From a virus, in the IMG/VR virus record IMGVR_UViG_3300047160_007939, positions 1-64,000 of that record: a stretch of 64,000 nt of DNA; one strand, 5' to 3'. The notes under the pieces were generated by a model. The model searched no databases, was not told where the DNA came from, and saw only the letters and a list, made by a program, of their open reading frames with translations. The position numbers and the translations under genes are program-made. Shown in pieces: positions 38,101 through 45,939 of this stretch (the stretch's first letter is position 1; the number at the start of each line of letters is the position of its first letter).

Positions 38101-39929
38101 AGGTCGCCGCCGGCAGCTCCCGTTGGCGTTCGGCTGTCGGAGAGCCGGCTGTCATTGCCGATGCAGAGCGTTGTGCCTGTTGTCCCAGCGAGAAGGGCGG
38201 AAGCCTGGGCCACAGACAGATCAGCAGGAGCCGCCGCCGCGCCGGTGTTGTTCCCTTTGATCGTAAGAGCCGGCGCATTCGCCAGCTTCGCGTTCGTGAC
38301 TGCGCCTGCGGCCACCACCGGGTTGGGGTAGGTCCCACCCAGGTCGCCGCCCGCATTACCGGATGGCGCGCGGCTGTCCGAGAGCCTCGTATCGTTCCCC
38401 TGACAGACGGTGTTGCCGCCCACGCCGTAGGTGACTTCCTCCCAACCGGTGTTACCGGGGTTTCGCTTCAGGAAGCCGCTGCCCATATTCGCCGGCAAGC
38501 CGGATCCGCCCAGCCCACCCACGGTCGGGTTGGGGTACGTGCCGGCGAGGTCCCCGCCGGCAGCCCCGGTCGGTGGACCCCCGCTCCCGAAGCGCGGGTC
38601 GTTGCCCGCTGCCAGCGTGCCGGCAGTCGTGCCGGTGAGCATCGTCGCGGTCTGGGCGATGGTGAGGTCGGAAGGAGCGGCAGCTACCCCGGTGTTGTTG
38701 CCCTTCAGGGTGTTGGCCGGGCTGTTGGCGTGCTTCGCGTTGGTGATCGCTCCCACTGCCACGGTCGGGTTCGGGTAGGTTCCCGCGAGGTCGCCACCCG
38801 CAGCCCCGGTGGGAGGTCCCCCCGAACCAAACCGTGGATCGTTTCCCGCTGCCAGCGTGCCGGCTGTAGAGCCTGCCAGCATTCCGGCTACCTGGGAAAC
38901 GGTGAGGTCCTGGGGAGCTGCCGCCGAAGCCGTCGAGTTTCCTTTCAGCGTGGTGGCCGGAGAGTTGGCGTGCTTCGCGTTGGTGATCGCGCCGTTCGCC
39001 ACGGTGGGATTGGGGTACGTCCCGGTGAGGTCGCCGCCGGCAGCGCCGCTCGGTGGTCCACCCTGGCCGAAGCGCGCGTCGTTCCCTGCCGCGAGCGTCC
39101 CTGCCGTCGTCCCCGCGAGAAGAGCGGCAGCCTGGGCCACCGTAAGATCGGTGGGAGATGCCACGCCTGCCGTCGCGTTACCTTTGATCGTGCCTGCCGG
39201 AGCCGTCGCCAGCTTGCCGTTGGTCACCACCCCGCTGCCGAGGGTCGGGTTGGGGTACGTCCCGGTCAAGTCTCCGCCTGCGTTCCCAGATGGAGCGCGG
39301 CTGTCCGAGAGCCGGGCGTCGTTCCCCTGCGCGACGGTGTTGGCCGCGTTGCCGTATCCCACTTCCTCCCACCCGGTCCCACCGGCGTTCCGCTTCAGGA
39401 AGCCGTTGTTGACGCTCGCCGGCAGCACCCCGCCCTGCAAGCCGGTGACGGTGGGACCGGGAAAGTTGCCGCCGAGGTCACCGGAAGCCGGCCCGGTGGG
39501 AGGCACGGGAGGCAGGTTGGCGTAGTTCGTCGCGCTGATGGTCCCGAGGATGGTGACGTTGCCCTGGAAGGTGCTCGCGCCGCCGGAAGGCGCAATGATA
39601 GCGTTACCATTGGCATCGGCGGAGAACTCCGCGTAGTGGGTCCCGTCCCTGGTGAGGCGAAGCTGGGGATCCGCGCCGTCGATGACTTCGAGCGCCCTGG
39701 CGGGAGCCTGGGTCGCCGGTACGTTGATGCCGGTCTTGCCGCCGAGGGGGATGACGCGCAGGTTGCCTGCCGCGTCTACGTTCAGGTCGGAGTAGTGCGC
39801 GGCATCGTGCATCAGCCGCGCCTGGGGCAGCGCGCCATCCGTGATCTTCAGCCCGCCGGAGAAGACGTTCGTCCCATCCAGCTCCTGAAGCATCTGGCTG
39901 GTGCGCGATCGTACAGAGGGAACAGCCAT
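32130..39929 (-). CDS. giant repeat-rich fibre protein (2599 aa)
   Basis: 18 tandem ~75-80-aa repeats centred on G.AGGDL.G.YPNP; PQLRL modules; long Gly-rich C-terminal region. Confidence 0.75.
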   Translation of the reverse strand: MAVPSVRSRTSQMLQELDGTNVFSGGLKITDGALPQARLMHDAAHYSDLNVDAAGNLRVIPLGGKTGINVPATQAPARALEVIDGADPQLRLTRDGTHYAEFSADANGNAIIAPSGGASTFQGNVTILGTISATNYANLPPVPPTGPASGDLGGNFPGPTVTGLQGGVLPASVNNGFLKRNAGGTGWEEVGYGNAANTVAQGNDARLSDSRAPSGNAGGDLTGTYPNPTLGSGVVTNGKLATAPAGTIKGNATAGVASPTDLTVAQAAALLAGTTAGTLAAGNDARFGQGGPPSGAAGGDLTGTYPNPTVANGAITNAKHANSPATTLKGNSTASAAAPQDLTVSQVAGMLAGSTAGTLAAGNDPRFGSGGPPTGAAGGDLAGTYPNPTVAVGAITNAKHANSPANTLKGNNTGVAAAPSDLTIAQTATMLTGTTAGTLAAGNDPRFGSGGPPTGAAGGDLAGTYPNPTVGGLGGSGLPANMGSGFLKRNPGNTGWEEVTYGVGGNTVCQGNDTRLSDSRAPSGNAGGDLGGTYPNPVVAAGAVTNAKLANAPALTIKGNNTGAAAAPADLSVAQASALLAGTTGTTLCIGNDSRLSDSRTPTGAAGGDLTGAYPNPTVRGLQGSNLPAIVAGGFLKVNAAGTAWEEVTYGTAANTVAQGNDSRLSDSRTPTGSAGGDLSGSYPNPVIASNAVTNAKAAQMAAGTLKGNNTAGLANALDLTVAQAAAMLSGTTSTTLCIGNDSRLSDSRAPTGAAGGSLSGTYPNPVIAAGVVTNAMHANSPALSVKGNNTGAAAAPVDMTVAQTANLLAGTTAGTLAAGNDPRFGGGGPPSGAASGDLAGAYPGPTVAGLGGSALPVNAANGFLKRNSGNTGWEEAAYGSVANTVCQGNDSRLSDSRAPSGAAGGDLSGTYPNPTVASGAITNAKLANAAANSLKGNNTGAAAVPLDLTSAQVSAMLQGTTGTSLCVGNDARLSDSRNPTGNAGGSLSGTYPNPVIAAGVVTNAMHANSPANSLKGNNTGVPVAPVDLSISQVANLLGGTTANTLAFGNDARFGAPSPPNGVAGGDLTGTYPNPTVTAGAITNAKLANAAGYSLKGNNAAVAGVPADLTVTQVSALLAGNTGTTLCVGNDARLSDSRIPMGAAGGDLGGTYPNPTVNAGAITNAKLATAPATTIKGNSTAGVASPTDLSTATVAGMLAGTTATTLCVGNDSRLSDSRNPTGAAGGSLTGTYPNPTIAAGVVTNAMHASSPATTLKGNNSASAGAPLDLTVAQTTTMLAGTTGSTLCVGNDSRLSDSRTPTGAAGGDLTGTYPNPTISAGSVGNAKLATMAASTLKGNLTGGIASPTDLTVAQVSGMLSGTTGSTLCIGNDSRLSDSRNPTGPAGGMLTGTYPNPSIAAGVVTNAMLVNAPANTMKGNNTSGSAAVVDLTVSQIATLLKGQVAGTLAAGDDSRFTAGLPPSGAAGGDLSGIYPNPTVAKLGGNPLPSNIANGFLKVNAANTGWEEVPYGNTADTVCQGNDPRFTAGTDLALSGHLLVGNTPLSGSPPARGEFVDTAAPQLRLTNGVHYTELKLDANTMLSIGAAAGPGNTWMMGHVACGGLPTGFATMSSGPALQAQGGGTAGTPAFRVNNTTDVSYLDFIANNSGKAQVNSVGTGSTPGALGINLTPNQGVLEVGGQGVGGNPQLVLDYDTTAAQRLSFQVDSSGNGVVNATSGKLGVNMPPASAPVTVPTRALEVLDSTGNPQARLTYDATHNTDLYTGSSGMLRILPSGGMVGINTTGVPARALEVVDAVNPQLRLSQAAGTQYADLSVSQYGQLVLYPISGGVAINLASGAGTPPALRIEALNPADVATTPATTQQDYLRLNNALTGRGGNTSIATTGIGGIGGQVYVIQAAGGQALYATTASTGGGGGPFSWTAGTGGAAQVAGTGTNTGGLGGNWQAYGGTGGAASGASSGTNTGGAGGQIMLYGGIGGAASLGSGVLVGGNGGNVTMSGGTAGTGNSTGQTNIGGMCYLRGGAPAAGTVGSAGGGIDARAAGGSTTGSGGAGGGLILFCGDAGGDGSVPRGGGSIQIKCGIGVGNVASAALYITGGGAGPRAETGTVVANSGAPITFWGSQAGTAPNADVSSTGGPAGGWVFTPAVGGVATVAGTGANIGGVGSAWSAAGGAGGAATGATSGNNTGGAGGSFSGTTGVGGAANNNTGNAQGGAGGAFVWTGGAGGAASTAGTGNNTGGGSGGWTLTIGKGGAASGATSGNNNAGGGGAVLITAGAGGDQSNGTGAQQVAGNGGAITLTAGAGGVGGVTGGGTGGLATLQGGPAGVGGTGSGGAGGGASLLGRAGSSVASGGAGGTVTITAGAAGGDGSVVRAGGAIPITCGNSVGGSVGGAGSFIGGAGGVNSGTNVGSAGGALTFTAGAGGGGGAAVTGAIGGAVNITAGAGGAGSTTNGNGANVLIRGGLAGAGAGTAGAKGSIILNDNGGWVGVGNATPAMMLHVQETAAITTSPADGYASALTLRPGYSAAAAQTVTRHNYIDLEAPTPLTNVTITDAAIFRFNQAAGTHPALGAASTKATPGTVQGWLKVNVNNTIMYAPLYTSMTA
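35370..39500 (-). repeat. 18 tandem protein-coding repeats (two subtypes) in fibre gene
   Basis: GNDSRLSDSR.P.G.AGGDL.GTYPNP recurring about every 225-240 nt; boundaries approximate. Confidence 0.85.
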
Positions 39930-39935
39930 CGTTTA

Positions 39936-40289
39936 CTACTCCTGCCGGATAAACGGTCCCCTGAAGGTCGGCTGCGGATCGGGCCGGCCAGCCGGCTCCG
40001 CCTCCACCGGCTTCGACATCATCCCACCGGGAGCTGCCCTCGGCTGCCAGTTCGGGTCGGGCACGAAGGCCGGCCCTGCCGCTCGCGGCGCAGGAGCGCG
40101 TGGAACCCGGTACTCTCCGCCGAAGGAGCGCGCGTTGACTGCCTGGGGAGTGATCACCCCATCCTTCTCCTGCATCGTGTGGAGAAGCCCGCGCGACCGG
40201 CGCATCTTGTCGCGGTTCCAGCTCCTCTGGTCCACCTTCGATGCGCCGCCTCCGCCGAGCAGCGCCCTCAATCGTTCCTGCGGTGTCAT
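39936..40289 (-). CDS. hypothetical protein
   Basis: ATGA overlap with portal stop. Confidence 0.5.
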   Translation of the reverse strand: MTPQERLRALLGGGGASKVDQRSWNRDKMRRSRGLLHTMQEKDGVITPQAVNARSFGGEYRVPRAPAPRAAGPAFVPDPNWQPRAAPGGMMSKPVEAEPAGRPDPQPTFRGPFIRQE

Positions 40290-42334
40290 TCGTCCCTCGG
40301 AGAGATGCGAACCGTGCAGCGGTGCAGGTTGTATCCGGCTGCTACCCCAGCCTCAAAGGACTTTCCGAACGGCTTCTTCGGCTTGCCCGGCTTGCCCGGC
40401 TTGCCGGATCTTCCGGCTGGGCCGGCTGGCCGGCGGGCTTCCTCCTGCTTCTGGCGGAGCAGCGAGGCGTCCTCGGCCATCGGGATCCGCATCACGGAAG
40501 CTTCCCTGTCATCCGCCTGGGCATTCTGCCGCTGGAGCTGCATTTGCTGCTCGTTGTCGGCCATCTGCTGCATCTGCTGCTGCGCGCCCTGCTGGTTCGC
40601 CTGCTGCATCTGGTTGTCCGCGTCACTCTGGCTCTGGGCCATCTGGCCCATCTCACCCTGCGCCTGCTGCGCCGCACCCAGGTTGTGATCGCTCGCCCAT
40701 ATCTGAAGCATCCCCGGATTGCCTGCCGGCGCGTCCGCGTAGTCGCCCAGCTCGCCACCCATGTCGGAGTAGGTCTTCAGCACCGCCTCCTGGCGCGCTT
40801 CCTCGGTGGCAAACCACCGCTTCGTGTACTGCTTCCTGATGGCGTTCCAGAGCACGATGTCCTTCGGATCGTAGACCGGCGGCAGATCCCGCAGCGTCCT
40901 GATCTGGTTCATCGTGTAGCCGTTGGCGAGCCGCTCGGCGTCGAGCTGCTGCTCCAGCAGGTACGCCGGGTCGTAGTTGCTCTCCAGGCCCTGGACCACC
41001 AGCTCGAAGTCAGGATTGATCTTGGTGACGACGTTCTTGGAAAAGAACTGGCAGAGGAAGAGCACCTTCGGGATAAGCCCTTTGTGCTGGCTCTGCATAA
41101 AGGTGCTCTCCGGGTCGGGCATCTGTAGAGCCGAACTCGGCCCTCCGAACCCGGAGAACCCGAACTCCTCGGGAGCAATCTGGAAGACGGCTGCGGTGAG
41201 CGCCACGCAGAACTCGATGTAGGCCCTGAAGACCATATCCATCCGGGCGCGATCCATCATCTGGACCCACTGCGCGCCGGAGACACCCTGGCCGGGAGGC
41301 GTCCGCAGGACGGGGAACTTGTACTCCCCGCCGACCATAAATCCTACATCCTGGGTTAGCAGTTGCTGCAAACCATCGAGCTGGTCTTTCCCGTAGTGCC
41401 CGATGAGGTTCAGGATGCCGAACGGGATGTGGCTGTCGGTGAAGTAGTCCTTATTGTGGCGCACGGCGTAGATGACGCCCAGCACCGCATCGAGGCACTG
41501 CTGCACCTCGCTCTTGCCGTAGCCGAAGGAGGCGAAGTCGGTACGAGGATTGCGGATCCCCATGTCGCCTTCGTCCCACTTGTACTCGCGCACCACGCCC
41601 CAGTACGAGGTGGGATCGAGCATCGCGTAGACGATCTGGCCCGCGAGGTCGGGCCGCATCTTCGGCACGTACTCCTGGCTGTCCACCTTTCGCATCAGCG
41701 CGCCGTCTTCGGCAGCGAAGAACATCACCGGGTTGTCGCGCTTGCCGGCGATAGGGATGGAGCCTTCGATGCTGATGAAGATCCGGTCGATCACCAGCAT
41801 GTCCAGGATGACTTTGCGAAGGCAGGTGTCGAAACTGTCGGCTTTTCTCCGGTCGTGGCTGTCCCACACTGCCGGCTCGCCAGTGATCGGGTTCTCGCGC
41901 AGGATGCCGCCGTGCCGCAGGATCAGCTCGATGCGCTTCGCTTCGTTGGCCGCTGGCTCGGTCAGCTCTTTCTGCCGGTCGCGCTGAACCACCCGCATCC
42001 CGATGGCATTCTCGTGCGCGGGTTCGCGGAAGTGCGCTACAATCTGGTTTACCAGGGTGAAGAGAACCGCCTGGATGACGAGGTTCTTGTCAGCGAGGCG
42101 ACGGAGCAGGCTCGGCTCCAGGTGGGGCGTCTGGTCGTCCAGGATGCCGCTGTGGGTACGGGAGTAGCGGCGGATCTGGTCGTAGCGGCGGTCAGGGACC
42201 CAGCGAGGGCGAAGACCCCCGCCGGCTGCCTTCATCATCTGCTCGGCATAGGCAGCGAGCGCCTCGGTGGGCTGCCCGCCCGTGCCGACCATTCCCTGAT
42301 CGAACAGGCTTCCGCTGACGGCCAGCGGTGGCAT
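40286..42334 (-). CDS. portal protein
   Basis: 682 aa; IRNPRTD..GYGKSEV, NKDYF..GIL, AVFQIAPEEFGF, TMNQIR motifs; Gln-rich tail. Confidence 0.85.
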   Translation of the reverse strand: MPPLAVSGSLFDQGMVGTGGQPTEALAAYAEQMMKAAGGGLRPRWVPDRRYDQIRRYSRTHSGILDDQTPHLEPSLLRRLADKNLVIQAVLFTLVNQIVAHFREPAHENAIGMRVVQRDRQKELTEPAANEAKRIELILRHGGILRENPITGEPAVWDSHDRRKADSFDTCLRKVILDMLVIDRIFISIEGSIPIAGKRDNPVMFFAAEDGALMRKVDSQEYVPKMRPDLAGQIVYAMLDPTSYWGVVREYKWDEGDMGIRNPRTDFASFGYGKSEVQQCLDAVLGVIYAVRHNKDYFTDSHIPFGILNLIGHYGKDQLDGLQQLLTQDVGFMVGGEYKFPVLRTPPGQGVSGAQWVQMMDRARMDMVFRAYIEFCVALTAAVFQIAPEEFGFSGFGGPSSALQMPDPESTFMQSQHKGLIPKVLFLCQFFSKNVVTKINPDFELVVQGLESNYDPAYLLEQQLDAERLANGYTMNQIRTLRDLPPVYDPKDIVLWNAIRKQYTKRWFATEEARQEAVLKTYSDMGGELGDYADAPAGNPGMLQIWASDHNLGAAQQAQGEMGQMAQSQSDADNQMQQANQQGAQQQMQQMADNEQQMQLQRQNAQADDREASVMRIPMAEDASLLRQKQEEARRPAGPAGRSGKPGKPGKPKKPFGKSFEAGVAAGYNLHRCTVRISPRDE

Positions 42335-42365
42335 AGGAGAACCTAACTCCCGAACGATTGATTAA

Positions 42366-42791
42366 CTACTGAACCCGCTCGTAGCGGCCCACGATGTCCA
42401 TTGTCCCGGCAGCCATCGTCATCACGCGAAGCGCGTGCCGGTAACCGGGGTATGCCGCAGTTCGGACGACCTGCCTGCCCCCTACGGTGAGGGTCACGGT
42501 GTCGGCGAGCATCTCCACGGCAGCCCCTGCGGGCACGAGGTTCGTCTGCTGGCCGGCTGGCGGGATCAAGCCGGTGGTAGCGTCCACCATGATCTGGGAG
42601 AGGTCGTCGTTTCGGATGAGGCACAATTGTAGCGTGGCACTTGCGCCTCCGGCGAGGTTCAGCTCCCAGACACAGCTATCGTAGAGCGAGTTGGGCGGCA
42701 GGTAGCGCGCAGGCGAAAGAAGCGCCGGCAGCGCCGCGTCCGCGCCCATCCCCGTTCCCAATCCCCGCCTGGGTCCGACTAGCCTCGCCAT
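42366..42791 (-). CDS. hypothetical protein
   Basis: GGAGG RBS; precedes portal. Confidence 0.55.
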   Translation of the reverse strand: MARLVGPRRGLGTGMGADAALPALLSPARYLPPNSLYDSCVWELNLAGGASATLQLCLIRNDDLSQIMVDATTGLIPPAGQQTNLVPAGAAVEMLADTVTLTVGGRQVVRTAAYPGYRHALRVMTMAAGTMDIVGRYERVQ

Positions 42792-42800
42792 CGCGCCCTC

Positions 42801-43055
42801 CTAGATCCCGAAGGGATTGTTCCACCGCTTCTTCGGGAGCACGCTGGGATCGCCCTGCATCGCATCCTTCAGCCCCGTCGTGTGGACGTGCTTCTGGAAG
42901 TGGCCGGGAATGAGCACCTGGACCTGCTTCGGGTCGAAGTTCCGCAGGACGATGCCTCCGCAGGCGCAGTCGTCCGGGTCGTTCCTCGTCGCAAACGACC
43001 GGCGCGCTTCACTCTTCTCCCCGCAGCCCTGGCACTGGTACTCGTAGACTGGCAT
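42801..43055 (-). CDS. FmdB-family zinc-ribbon protein
   Basis: MPVYEYQCQGCG..CACGG signature. Confidence 0.75.
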   Translation of the reverse strand: MPVYEYQCQGCGEKSEARRSFATRNDPDDCACGGIVLRNFDPKQVQVLIPGHFQKHVHTTGLKDAMQGDPSVLPKKRWNNPFGI

Positions 43056-43229
43056 ACTCCCCCACGAAGAACGTCGGCACGCTGGGCCGGCTGGTCCATG
43101 AATGCCGAAGGCCGGGAGAGCTTTCGCCCTACCCGGCCCCGGTTCCTCGCGCGCAAGTCGCGGCAGCCTGTTTACGCTTCGACTTGAAAGGTCGCTGTAT
43201 GTATGCTATCCGCTGTCAGGGCGCGCTTG

Positions 43230-43340
43230 AAAAGGATCCCGGCGTAGCATTCTCCACTGGTCTGTCTGCCGCGCAGACCCCTGGTGGGGCATCGCCGGGA
43301 AAATGGATCTGTTCAGTCGGGTCTTCACCCGACCTCGGTC
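43230..43340 (-). ncRNA. candidate small structured RNA
   Basis: Promoter TAGACG-N18-(TGc)TACACT at 43376-43347; hairpin GTCGGGT-GAAG-ACCCGAC; long stem CCCGGCG...CGCCGGG then U-tract; no convincing ORF. Confidence 0.45.
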
Positions 43341-43373
43341 GTCAGTAGTGTAGCACAGCCGGCCAGCCGGCGT

Positions 43374-43721
43374 CTACCGCATCTGCGCGCCTCGGAAGTC
43401 GGTGCGAAGCGCCGCGCTCTTGAAGCCGGCATCCTCCATCGCTTTCTTCAGGTCGCCTGCCGTGCCCTGGAACCAATCGCTGCGCCACTTCCCCGGCCAC
43501 TGCGCCATAATCGGCGTGTCGTCGGGCAGGTAGCAGACATCCAGCGGACACTCGTGGACCTGAACCTGAACCTGCCCGCCGTCGCTAACGAATGCCAGGA
43601 TCGGGTTGTGGACGAGGCTCTCGTATTTCAGGATGCCGCTCTTCACCCAGAAGTCTTCCGTCATTCGCCTGCCGAATGTGCGAACACCGATCAGGCGGTT
43701 CTCCTTTGCTACCTCGATCAT
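43374..43721 (-). CDS. hypothetical protein
   Basis: TGATG coupling; coherent ORF. Confidence 0.55.
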   Translation of the reverse strand: MIEVAKENRLIGVRTFGRRMTEDFWVKSGILKYESLVHNPILAFVSDGGQVQVQVHECPLDVCYLPDDTPIMAQWPGKWRSDWFQGTAGDLKKAMEDAGFKSAALRTDFRGAQMR

Positions 43722-44023
43722 CAGCTCTTCTTGCTCCTCTCCTCGTTCGCGTGGCCCTGCTGGATCAGCTCCTGCACCCGCCGGCCACCCACCTTCCCGA
43801 TGCGACTGTAGTAATCACGGCCCCGCCGCTCGGCCACGGTGTTGCCGCCCTTCTGCCCGATCTGGGAGTAGAACTCCATCCCGTACCGCTTCTTCGTAGT
43901 CGCGCCGCCGCGCTTGCCCATCTCACGGAAGCCCTCGTGCCCCAGCTCCTTCAGGCGCGCTTCTCCGCCCAGCCTGCCAATCTCCCTCATGGTCAGCTCA
44001 CCCGCCGGCTTCTCGTCACTCAC
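43721..44023 (-). CDS. KGG-repeat general stress protein (GsiB/YciG-like)
   Basis: EIGRLGG, EMGKRGG, QIGQKGG, RIGKVGG repeats; AAAGGAG RBS. Confidence 0.8.
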   Translation of the reverse strand: MSDEKPAGELTMREIGRLGGEARLKELGHEGFREMGKRGGATTKKRYGMEFYSQIGQKGGNTVAERRGRDYYSRIGKVGGRRVQELIQQGHANEERSKKS

Positions 44024-44041
44024 GCTTGCTCTCCTTTCACG

Positions 44042-45097
44042 TCAAACCAGCACTACTTTGGTGTCTACCCCCATTGTAGCGACAGTCTGCATAGCAGTCA
44101 ACCACGGCTCGATGAGGTCCACGAGCTGCCCGGCAAGAGCCTCGCGTCCCAGCTTCAGGCAGTCGTTCCAATCCATCCCCTCGGGCGGAGACAGGCGCAT
44201 CAGCTCGCAGCCGTGCTCCCGCAGCTCCGTACCCCAGCGGTAACCGGCCACGTTCCCCGCCGAGATGCCGCGCCGGTCAGGTCGGTCGTTGTCACTGGCT
44301 ACCAATACAGGCTGATGGGCCAGCTTCTCTCCCACCCACTCCGCGAGGTGGCAGCCCATCGCGGCAATGGCCGGGTAGCCGGCTGCCGCAAGCGAGAGCG
44401 CGTCGATGGGTCCTTCCACGAGGATGGTCGGTTTACAGCTCCACGCCTGGACCGCAGAGAAGACGCCCAGGCGGGCTTCACCCCTGGTTCGGGTCTTCGG
44501 GTACTCCCCGTCGAAGTAGCGGCCCTGCACGGCCACCAGGACGCCTTCCCGGTCGCGGATGGGAAAGAGCACGGCAGGCCGGCCATACCAGTCGGGATGA
44601 TAGCGAACGCCCGATGGCTCACAGTCTCCAACCATCAGCCCCCGCCGGATGAGATAGGCTTCGCCTTCGGTTCCGGCTAGGTGGACTACCTGCCGGAGCT
44701 TCTTGCGCCAGTCATCGCTCTTCTGGTGCGGTTCTCTCGTAGGAGACGGCTCGCTTTGCCCGTTCGGTTCTCTCGGCAGCAACGGCTCGCTCATTGAGCG
44801 CGGTTCTCTTGTACCTCTCGGCTCGGGCGGAGCGTCGTCATCGGTCAGGTACGTATCCGGCCTGGGCCTTCGCTGCCGGCGCGGACGAAAGACGCGGCTG
44901 TGCCAGTCCTGCCCGTCGAGGCGTCCTTTCGTGTGGCAGCGGTGGCAGATGTACTCGCCCGTCTCCATCTTCACCGCGAGGGAGCGATGGGCGCTGTCCT
45001 TCCACTTGCTGTCCCCGCAGAACGGGCAGCAGAAGCGCCGCTCGTACTTCTGGAGCGGGGCGTGCGGGTCGTAGGCTTCCAGCTCTTCGATTGTCAC
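44042..45097 (-). CDS. DNA primase (Zn finger + TOPRIM)
   Basis: CPFCGD..CHRC zinc finger; LVEGPIDALS and DND TOPRIM motifs. Confidence 0.8.
   Translation of the reverse strand: MTIEELEAYDPHAPLQKYERRFCCPFCGDSKWKDSAHRSLAVKMETGEYICHRCHTKGRLDGQDWHSRVFRPRRQRRPRPDTYLTDDDAPPEPRGTREPRSMSEPLLPREPNGQSEPSPTREPHQKSDDWRKKLRQVVHLAGTEGEAYLIRRGLMVGDCEPSGVRYHPDWYGRPAVLFPIRDREGVLVAVQGRYFDGEYPKTRTRGEARLGVFSAVQAWSCKPTILVEGPIDALSLAAAGYPAIAAMGCHLAEWVGEKLAHQPVLVASDNDRPDRRGISAGNVAGYRWGTELREHGCELMRLSPPEGMDWNDCLKLGREALAGQLVDLIEPWLTAMQTVATMGVDTKVVLV
44711..44827 (-). repeat. TIGR-like dual-repeat array (3 x 36 nt) inside primase linker
   Basis: + strand CGGTTCTCT / CGGCTCGCT alternating every 18 nt with unique 9-nt spacers. 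Confidence 0.8.
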
Positions 45098-45432
45098 GTC
45101 ACCCGCTCCGGTTCTACGCGGCTGATTGCCAGCCGGATGACCTCGGTGACCGTCTTGATCGCCGTCTGCTGGGCTTCGTCAATGTCTTTGCCTGCCTGAT
45201 TGAACGCTGCCACATCCATCTCCGGGCGGATGAAGAGCGGAACCCAGGCACGATAGTCTACCAGGACCGAAAGTGCCTGGAAGAGTTCCGGCAAGCCGTC
45301 CATCGCGTAGTGGTCTGCCTCGTCCCCCATCTGACAGAGACGCTTCGGCCACGCATCGACTTCCGGCATCAGGGTGTCAATGAAGGCGCGCTGCTCTTCC
45401 ATCGCGCGCCGGTGAAGCTCGTCGTCGGTCAT
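45094..45432 (-). CDS. hypothetical protein
   Basis: ATGA overlap; coherent ORF. Confidence 0.55.
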   Translation of the reverse strand: MTDDELHRRAMEEQRAFIDTLMPEVDAWPKRLCQMGDEADHYAMDGLPELFQALSVLVDYRAWVPLFIRPEMDVAAFNQAGKDIDEAQQTAIKTVTEVIRLAISRVEPERVT

Positions 45433-45650
45433 CGAAGCAGCCTCTTCGCTTCCTCGGTGACGGCTTCCGCCACCCGCTCGATGGCTTCCCGGTACGCCTT
45501 CTCGCCTAACTCCCGCCGGAACCGGTAGTTCCACAGCCCACCCAGGTCCTGAAGAATGGTCGCCATCGGCTCGTCGCCTGCGACTTCCGCGTACTCCCCC
45601 AGGTCACCCAGCCGCTCTCCCAGGCTGCTGTTCACGTCGATGGTCGTCAC
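45429..45650 (-). CDS. hypothetical protein
   Basis: AAAGGAG RBS before GTG at 45650. Confidence 0.5.
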   Translation of the reverse strand: MTTIDVNSSLGERLGDLGEYAEVAGDEPMATILQDLGGLWNYRFRRELGEKAYREAIERVAEAVTEEAKRLLR

Positions 45651-45939
45651 CCGCGCTCTCCTTTCTGTTCCTCGCCCACCGCGCATTGTCTCTATCGCGC
45701 TTACAATCCAGGCAGGTGGTGGACACCCCGCCCGCGTAGTTTCGCCGGTCCTTACTGAACTCATCCACCGGCTTGACTTTGCCGCAGTGGATGCAAAGAC
45801 GGTCGGTCAGCTCGCCGCCGTTCGTGAGCGCCTCTTCCGCCACCTGCCGGAGACGCGCTACTGTAGGATAGCGGAGCTGGAGTATCCGGTGCAATGCTAC
45901 CTGATACGTCCGCTCGCGCTTGGCTCCTTCCCCTCGCAT
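45604..45939 (-). CDS. zinc-finger protein
   Basis: CIHCGKVKPVDEF..CLDC motif of the kind found with endonuclease VII-like proteins. Confidence 0.5.
   Translation of the reverse strand: MRGEGAKRERTYQVALHRILQLRYPTVARLRQVAEEALTNGGELTDRLCIHCGKVKPVDEFSKDRRNYAGGVSTTCLDCKRDRDNARWARNRKESAGDDHRREQQPGRAAG

Noticed and set aside
15117-40688. Long + strand ORFs (848, 665, 712, 585, 1259 aa and others)
   Set aside because: Antisense shadows of GC-rich minus-strand genes with no motifs or RBS, unlike the HNH ORF at 59405
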